Below, in pieces: positions 34,063 through 40,205 of a stretch of 40,205 bases of DNA. Positions within the stretch are counted from its first letter, which is position 1, and each line of letters starts with the position of its first letter. Position numbers and translations under genes: made by a program. The stretch is taken from positions 77,479,735-77,519,939 of the forward strand of contig NC_068982.1 in the NCBI RefSeq assembly GCF_001194135.2, read 5' to 3'. Source of the DNA: Octopus bimaculoides. Its lineage: Eukaryota. The notes below the pieces were generated by a model. The model had not been told where the DNA came from, did not search any database, and was given only the letters and a program-made list of their open reading frames with translations.

Positions 34063-34925
34063 TAATGATGTAAATATATATGTATATATTCATATATTTA
34101 TGTACATATGTATTTATATATATATATTCATGTATATATATATAATTTACTTATAATACAATATTACATTAAATACTATGAATATAATATACAACATAAC
34201 ATAATATTATAGAAATAATTATGAAAACTGTAAAAGGCTAACAAATTGTTTTGACTTGTATATATTTTTCTTCTGATATATAAAATCACAGTCCAATTAT
34301 GTACAAGTCACTTCAGGGTCCATTGGTTCAGAAAGACAAAATTTGGTCTGGAAAGGATGGCTAGATTGTAAAAATTAATTCAAATGTCTGTGTTATGAGC
34401 GTGAGTGTTAATTATTCAATCTTACATCAATTACAATTAAAAAACAACAAAAACATTTTAACGGATGATACAATCAAGTAAGTGCAATCCACAACCATCA
34501 AAATTCACTTCATTACATCTCAAACACATACCAATTGAAACCCTTTGATGTCCAAGACAGTCTCTTGACATCACAATATATAATAATAATATATGTGTAT
34601 ATAAATGTATATAATTAAGTATTTAAGTCTTCTACATGTAACTACAACAAAAAATATATAAACAATTACATCTTCAATACAACTCTTATCTATTTAAATT
34701 AGTTGGCATAAAAAAATTAATTGTTTAAATTAACTAATAATAATCTTCTATATTTATTATTTTCTTGTAGGGATAATTACGTTGTAGATATGAATAGAAA
34801 CCATTTGTTTCATAGTTTACAGAATCATTTGGGGAACATAATATATGTTATATATATATATATATATATATATNNNNNNNNNNTTATTATTGTTAATATT
34901 ATTATTATTATTATTGTTAATATTA

Positions 34926-34957
<32 letters not shown>

Positions 34958-35239
34958 GTTGTTGTTGTTATTCATTCATTTATTTCTGTATTTCTGTTAT
35001 AGTTTGGCTAACTACACTCTGTAGGTTATAGCTATAGCTATACTTAAAGTTAAGAATACAATGTTCAATTCTGTTTCACTCTATAGCGCACTCTTTATAA
35101 TAATTATTGTTATTCATTTAGTGGTAATTTATGGTAAATTCATGAAATCTAATTGTTGAATTCTGTTTACTCTTGCTCTAAATCTTGAAAATTCCATTCC
35201 TAATTCTGGACTCTCTCTCTTGTTAACCATTTGCTTTTC

Positions 35240-38125
35240 CCATGTTGACTGTTGATTAGTAGCTCGCTTTGTCTGTGTCTATGTCATATTGGCTTGTGCT
35301 AGCGAATAGGGCTGTCACAGTGCTTTGCCATTCACAATGTACCCTCCCATCCCACCTCCACCACCTATACCGGAAGTTATTATCCTCTACCGGATGTCTT
35401 TCTCCTGAGCACCTGTAACAGCTTCCTATATGGAATGCTATCCCCCTCCCTTCCCTCTCCATCTCTACCTGGTGTCTATCTCTTGTTGAATGTAGTGATT
35501 ATGTAGTGAATAAAATGGTGGTGTAGTGTATGCAGGTTGAAGACTATTGTTTGTTTACGAGATCTGCCAAATGCGAGCTTTCTTTTTAGATGCATAATGC
35601 TGCTGTCCCCCATCCCAGGTTCTCACCAGCCCACATCTTCCACACCGTCAGAGTTGGCACACTTAATGTTGGCACATTCAAAGGTAGTTCTGGTCAGATT
35701 GTTGTGATGCTTGAACGGAGATGTGTAGATTTGTGCCGCATCCAAGAAGTATGGTGGAGAGGAAGTAATACTAGGTCCCTCACAGGCAAAGAACATACAT
35801 ATAAGATTTCTGGGTAGGGAATACTGGTGGGGTTGGGGGCGTGAGTATACTTCTTGCAGAGAAATGGGTTGATAAGGTAACTGAGGTAGTCAGAGTCTGT
35901 GATAGAATACTTAAGCTTAGACTTGTGCTGCAAGATGGATCAGCAACCATTATTTTGGCTTATGCTCCTCAGCCAGGGCTACCTGATGAACAGAAAGACT
36001 GATTTTATGACACCCTCTTGAAGACTACTTTGTCGATGAATGACAGGGACCTTCTTTTGTGACTGGTGACTTCAATGAGTATGTTGGACAACATACAGGG
36101 AGTTTCCATGGTATACATGGTGGATACAGATTTGGTTCCTGTGATGCAAATGATCTTATGATCTGTAATACTAACTTCAGGAAACCTGCCAGTCACCTGT
36201 TCACCTCCCAGTCTGGTGAGCACACTAGTCAGATTGACTACATTCTTGCCAGGAAACAAGAAAGATGGCTACTTATAAATGCCAAAACTGTCCTGGGTGA
36301 AGAATGCACCCCACAACATAGGTTAGTAGTTAGTGACTTCAAGATCAGGGGTAAATGGCTGCCCAAATGGTGACCAGCATGGAAAAGAAGGATCTGGAAG
36401 CGTAAGGATCCTCTGAGTGGACAGAGATTTAGTGATGGATTACTTGAAGCTTTTGATGAAAAAGAGGAGGGGGATATAGCATTACCTAATGTGGAGGAAA
36501 ACTGGAGGTTCCTACAGGACAACCCGTTGAGGGCTACTGACCAGATCTGTGGCTGGTGCAAAGTCCACTCTTGACCTGAGGTAATGTGGTGGCGGAACAA
36601 TGTAGTTGACAGGGCCATTAGGGAAAAGAATCAAGCATGGAAGTACGGTGGTAGTAGGGAACTGTATCAGATTCCAGAAGGGAAGCTAGGAGACAGGTTT
36701 ACTTAACCAGAGAGGAAGCAGATAAGAAAAAATTTGGCAATGTTCTGCATCATGAGGACCAGAGACTTGAAGTGTTTTCTATTGCAAGACAATGTGTGAG
36801 GGAGAATCATGATGTCGACCCAACACAGGGACCAGCGATTTCAATTGACAGTGTCTTAGTAGATAAAGCAATTAAGGGTATGAAGACAGGGAAAGCCCCC
36901 AGCCCATCAGGAATCATTGCAGAGATGCTTAAAATATCTGGCGGTGTAGGCTATAGTCTAGTCCCCTGTATAGTCAACCAGGTGATACATGAAGGAGTCA
37001 TACCCAATGACTGGTGTAGCAGCACCATAGTCAACTGCTGTGAAGGTGACACATTAGATAGGAATAATTACAGAGGTATCAAATTGTTGGACCAGGTGAT
37101 GAAAGTCATGGAGAGAGTCAGCCCAACTAATTAGGGAGAGAGTCAGCCCAACTAATTAGGGAGAGAGTTAGTTTAGATGAGATGCAGTTTGGGTTTGTGC
37201 CAGGGAGAAGCACCACTGATGCTATATTTCTGGTAAGACAGCTGCAGGAGAAATTCCTAGCCAAAGATAAACCTCTGTACTTGGCTTTCATTGACATGGA
37301 GAAAGCCTTTGACAAGGTCCCCCATTCCTTATATGGTGGTCAATGTGGAAACTAGGGATAGATGAGTGTTTGTTGAGAGCTGTATAAGCCATGCACATGG
37401 ATGCTGTCAGTAAGGTGAGGGTTGGCAATGAGTATAGTGAAGAATTCTGGGTAGAAGTAGGGATTCACCAAAGATCAGTTCTCAGCCCCCTCCTATTCAT
37501 CACAGTCCTCCAGGCAATAACAGAGGAATTCAAGACAGGATGCCCTTGGGAGCTCCCCTATGCTGATGACCTTGCTCTAATAGCTGAGTCACTACCAGAA
37601 CTAGAGAAGTTTCAGGTATGGAAGCAAGGTCTAGAATGGAAGGGTCTTAGAGTCAATCTAGCAAAAACCAAAGTCATAGTAAGTAGGAAGGCAGACAAAT
37701 CACAAATCCCTTTGGGTAGATGGCCCTGCTCGATCTGTAGAAGATGTACCTGGTGTAAGCTTTGGACACATAAAAGGTGCAGCAATATCAAAAGAAGGTT
37801 AACTGGAAAGATAGTTTTTGTGTGTGGCAGATGCACAGGGGCATTAAACACTGAAGAAGTGCAGAAAACAGATTCTATCATATGCCAGGGGGAAAACTAG
37901 AAGTAGTTGATAGCTTCTGTTACCTAGGTAAGCAAGTCAGTAGTGGGGGTGGCTGCTCTGAGAGTGTGGCTGTTAGAATAAGAATAGCCTGGGCAAAGCT
38001 CAGAGAGCTCCTACTTCTGCTGGTAAAAAGGGCCTCTTGCTCAGAGTGAAAGGTAGACTGTATGATGCATGTATGTGAACAGCCATGCTACATGGCTGTG
38101 AATCATGGGCTTTGACTGCTGAAAA
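35240..38125 (+). mobile_element. RTE-clade LINE, near-full ORF, decayed and 3'-truncated
   Basis: APE motifs (VGTLNVGT, IQEVWW, GDFN, SQIDYIL), RT motifs (FIDMEKAFD, QRSVLSPLLF, YADD) and a Cys/His finger (CSICR..C..CKLWTHKRC..CGRC); many stops. Confidence 0.93.
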
Positions 38126-38873
38126 CAGTATTTTATCAACCTGAGAAGGAAAAAATGTCAAGTTAACCATAGCAGGATTTGAATTCAGAATATAATGAGT
38201 CAGGACAAATACTGTAAGGCATTTTGTTTACTGTTTTTATGATTCTACCTGTTCAGCTTGTAGCTATGTTAGAACTTCTCATCGCTATTAATGAGGAGCA
38301 CTAAAGTTTAAACCATGAGTCTTAAGAAGTATTATTTATGTTAAATCAAATGTAATGACTGAGTCACTATAAAATGTTACAGAGTGCTTTTATTGAAACA
38401 AATTTAACAACTCATTCAGAATTTCTACTAGATTAGTTCCAAAATATACCACACCTTACAGAGATTTCTGTTTTGTTAATATATATATTTCTCAATAGAA
38501 GGCTCAAGCCATACTTAGTACATCACATTACTGACACAAAACACACACACATACATATAAACAGATAAGCATACATTGTACACACATACACACACTCACA
38601 CAAGTACACGGATTTTTATGGATTTCAATGATGACTGCTAAGTTTGTTTGATCAACTGAACTACCTACTGATTCAATCACAATAAAGGTAGTTGAGTACT
38701 TCACAGATTCTTAACATGACCCTAAAGCAGAGGAAGTATAAAGGTTGCAGAGAAAAGGAGCAAGCACATTCCATTAGATGTGTAACATTAGTGTGTATGG
38801 ACAACATGGTACAGAGGAGCTGAGACATAAAATCGGTATAAGTGAAAAATAATAATAATAATAACAACAGCAA

Positions 38874-39372
38874 CAACAAGAGCACAAACCTCTGCCAAAG
38901 CNNNNNNNNNNNNNNNNNNNNNNNNNNNNNNNNNNNNNNNNNNNNNNNNNNNNNNNNNNNNNNNNNNNNNNNNNNNNNNNNNNNNNNNNNNNNNNNNNNN
39001 NNNNNNNNNNNNNNNNNNNNNNNNNNNNNNNNNNNNNNNNNNNNNNNNNNNNNNNNNNNNNNNNNNNNNNNNNNNNNNNNNNNNNNNNNNNNNNNNNNNN
39101 NNNNNNNNNNNNNNNNNNNNNNNNNNNNNNNNNNNNNNNNNNNNNNNNNNNNNNNNNNNNNNNNNNNNNNNNNNNNNNNNNNNNNNNNNCCAGAATCCTT
39201 GTTCAGTACTGGACCGATCCCAAAATCTAATCAGTTCGTGCCAGTCACGAGGCCAAACATTCCTGAAAGTTTCATCTGAATCCATCCAGCGGTTCTTGAG
39301 ATATCTTGTCTACAGACAAATAAACACAACTGAAAACAATACCTCCACCTTTGCTAAGGTGGAGGTAATAAT
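38874..39372 (+). mobile_element. Helentron-associated non-autonomous (HINE/DINE-1-like) element spanning a gap
   Basis: 5' aacaagagcacaaacctctgccaaag and 3' hairpin acctccacctt-tgct-aaggtggaggt; the subterminal inverted motif acctc.gccaa appears at both ends. Confidence 0.6.
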
Positions 39373-40097
39373 AAATGACCATAAATGCAGATTCTGTGAT
39401 AAATTTGATGAAACAGTTGACCATCTCATCACGGGATGTCCTGTGCTGACACCAAATGAATACAAAATTTGCCATGTAGGACAGTATTTTTATTGGAAAA
39501 TATGTAAACACGACAAAATCAGCACTCCTGCTTACTGGTATGAACATCATCCTGAGCCACTTGAAAGTAAAAATGTCACTATTCTCTGGGATTTTCCAGT
39601 CAACACTGACAGAACGATCCAGGCTAATTGACCAGACATAGTCATTAGAGACAGAGAAGAAAATACTTGTAGACTAATAAAATCTGTAAAGGAATTTGAC
39701 AAATTAAGTAGATAAAAGGACTTGGAAATTGAAATACAAAAGATGTGGCATCTTAAAGCAAGAACTATTCCTGTTATTGTGTGTGCCCTAGATATGATAA
39801 GAAAGGGATGTCAGAAACATCTAGATAATATCCCAGGAGAACCATGTTTTAGAGAAATCCAAAAGATCATGCTGACAAGTACTGCCCATATCCTTAGAAA
39901 AACCCTATCAATTTAAATGTATGTTGTATTACATGAAGATATTTCGCTACTGCCCCTGTCACTTCCCCTCCCCAAGCTTTCAGTCATACTGTAACATCTC
40001 TTATCCTTCACTCACCTTAGGATGCTGGGTGTGTCTTGGTGAGTGATTGTAACAAACATGCAGACTAAAAGTAAATAATAATAATAATAATAATAAT
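39373..40097 (+). mobile_element. R4/Dong-like REL-endonuclease LINE, 5'-truncated 3' end
   Basis: CRFCDKFDETVDHLITGCP zinc knuckle, WYEHHPE, ILWDFPVNTDRTIQAN.PDIV, KDLEIEIQKMW, TAHILRKTLSI-stop, then a 3' UTR ending in (TAA)n. Confidence 0.85.
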
Positions 40098-40126
40098 CTA
40101 TATATATAAAAATGAGAATGTGTGTC

Positions 40127-40157
<31 letters not shown>

Positions 40158-40205
40158 TTCCCTAAAACTCGAGAACTACACAACCAATTTCATTCAAATT
40201 TTACA
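40097..40205 (+). mobile_element. Probable non-autonomous Helitron 5' end
   Basis: A|TCtatatatataaaaatgagaatg(tg)n...aaactcgagaactacacaaccaatttcattcaaatttt; resembles Helitron TC 5' termini with an internal microsatellite. Truncated by the window end. Confidence 0.5.

Noticed and set aside
35590-37900. Craniofacial-development-protein-2-like or host enzyme annotation for the plus-strand ORFs
   Set aside because: These are fragmented RTE endonuclease and RT frames with many stops, not a host gene.
26280-40205. Search for further upstream DAGLA exons (GxSxG lipase motif, transmembrane helices)
   Set aside because: No minus-strand segment with splice sites and DAGL-like translation was found by eye; a very short exon or one hidden in an N gap cannot be excluded.

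Overview
Eukaryotic, very AT-rich, gapped draft sequence full of (TA)n/(CA)n/(TAA)n microsatellites, SINEs, LINEs and mariners; the repeat repertoire looks like a coleoid cephalopod, most likely Octopus (inference from pattern recognition, not a search). The only host gene I can support is the 3' end of a minus-strand sn1-diacylglycerol lipase alpha gene (DAGLA / fly inaE-like): three GT-AG exons (26277-26090, 25928-25796, 21117-19954) join in frame and include the catalytic-His region and a long disordered tail. No upstream exons were found, so the 5' part probably lies beyond 40205. Everything else is dead or nested mobile DNA: RTE, CR1-like, HERO-like and R4/Dong-like LINEs, a Penelope-like element, four mariner lineages, piggyBac-like MITEs, Helentron/Helitron-like elements, a solo LTR and many SINEs. 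Best leads: a candidate alternative DAGLA exon that could give a tail-less isoform, a ~300 bp intronic palindrome, a young solo LTR packed with promoter motifs, a Penelope-like element bracketed by direct repeats, and a (TAA)n tract holding three different elements. I found no evidence of a wholly new system. Most entries in the ORF track are microsatellite, gap or TE artefacts. Repeat boundaries are approximate unless termini or TSDs are stated.
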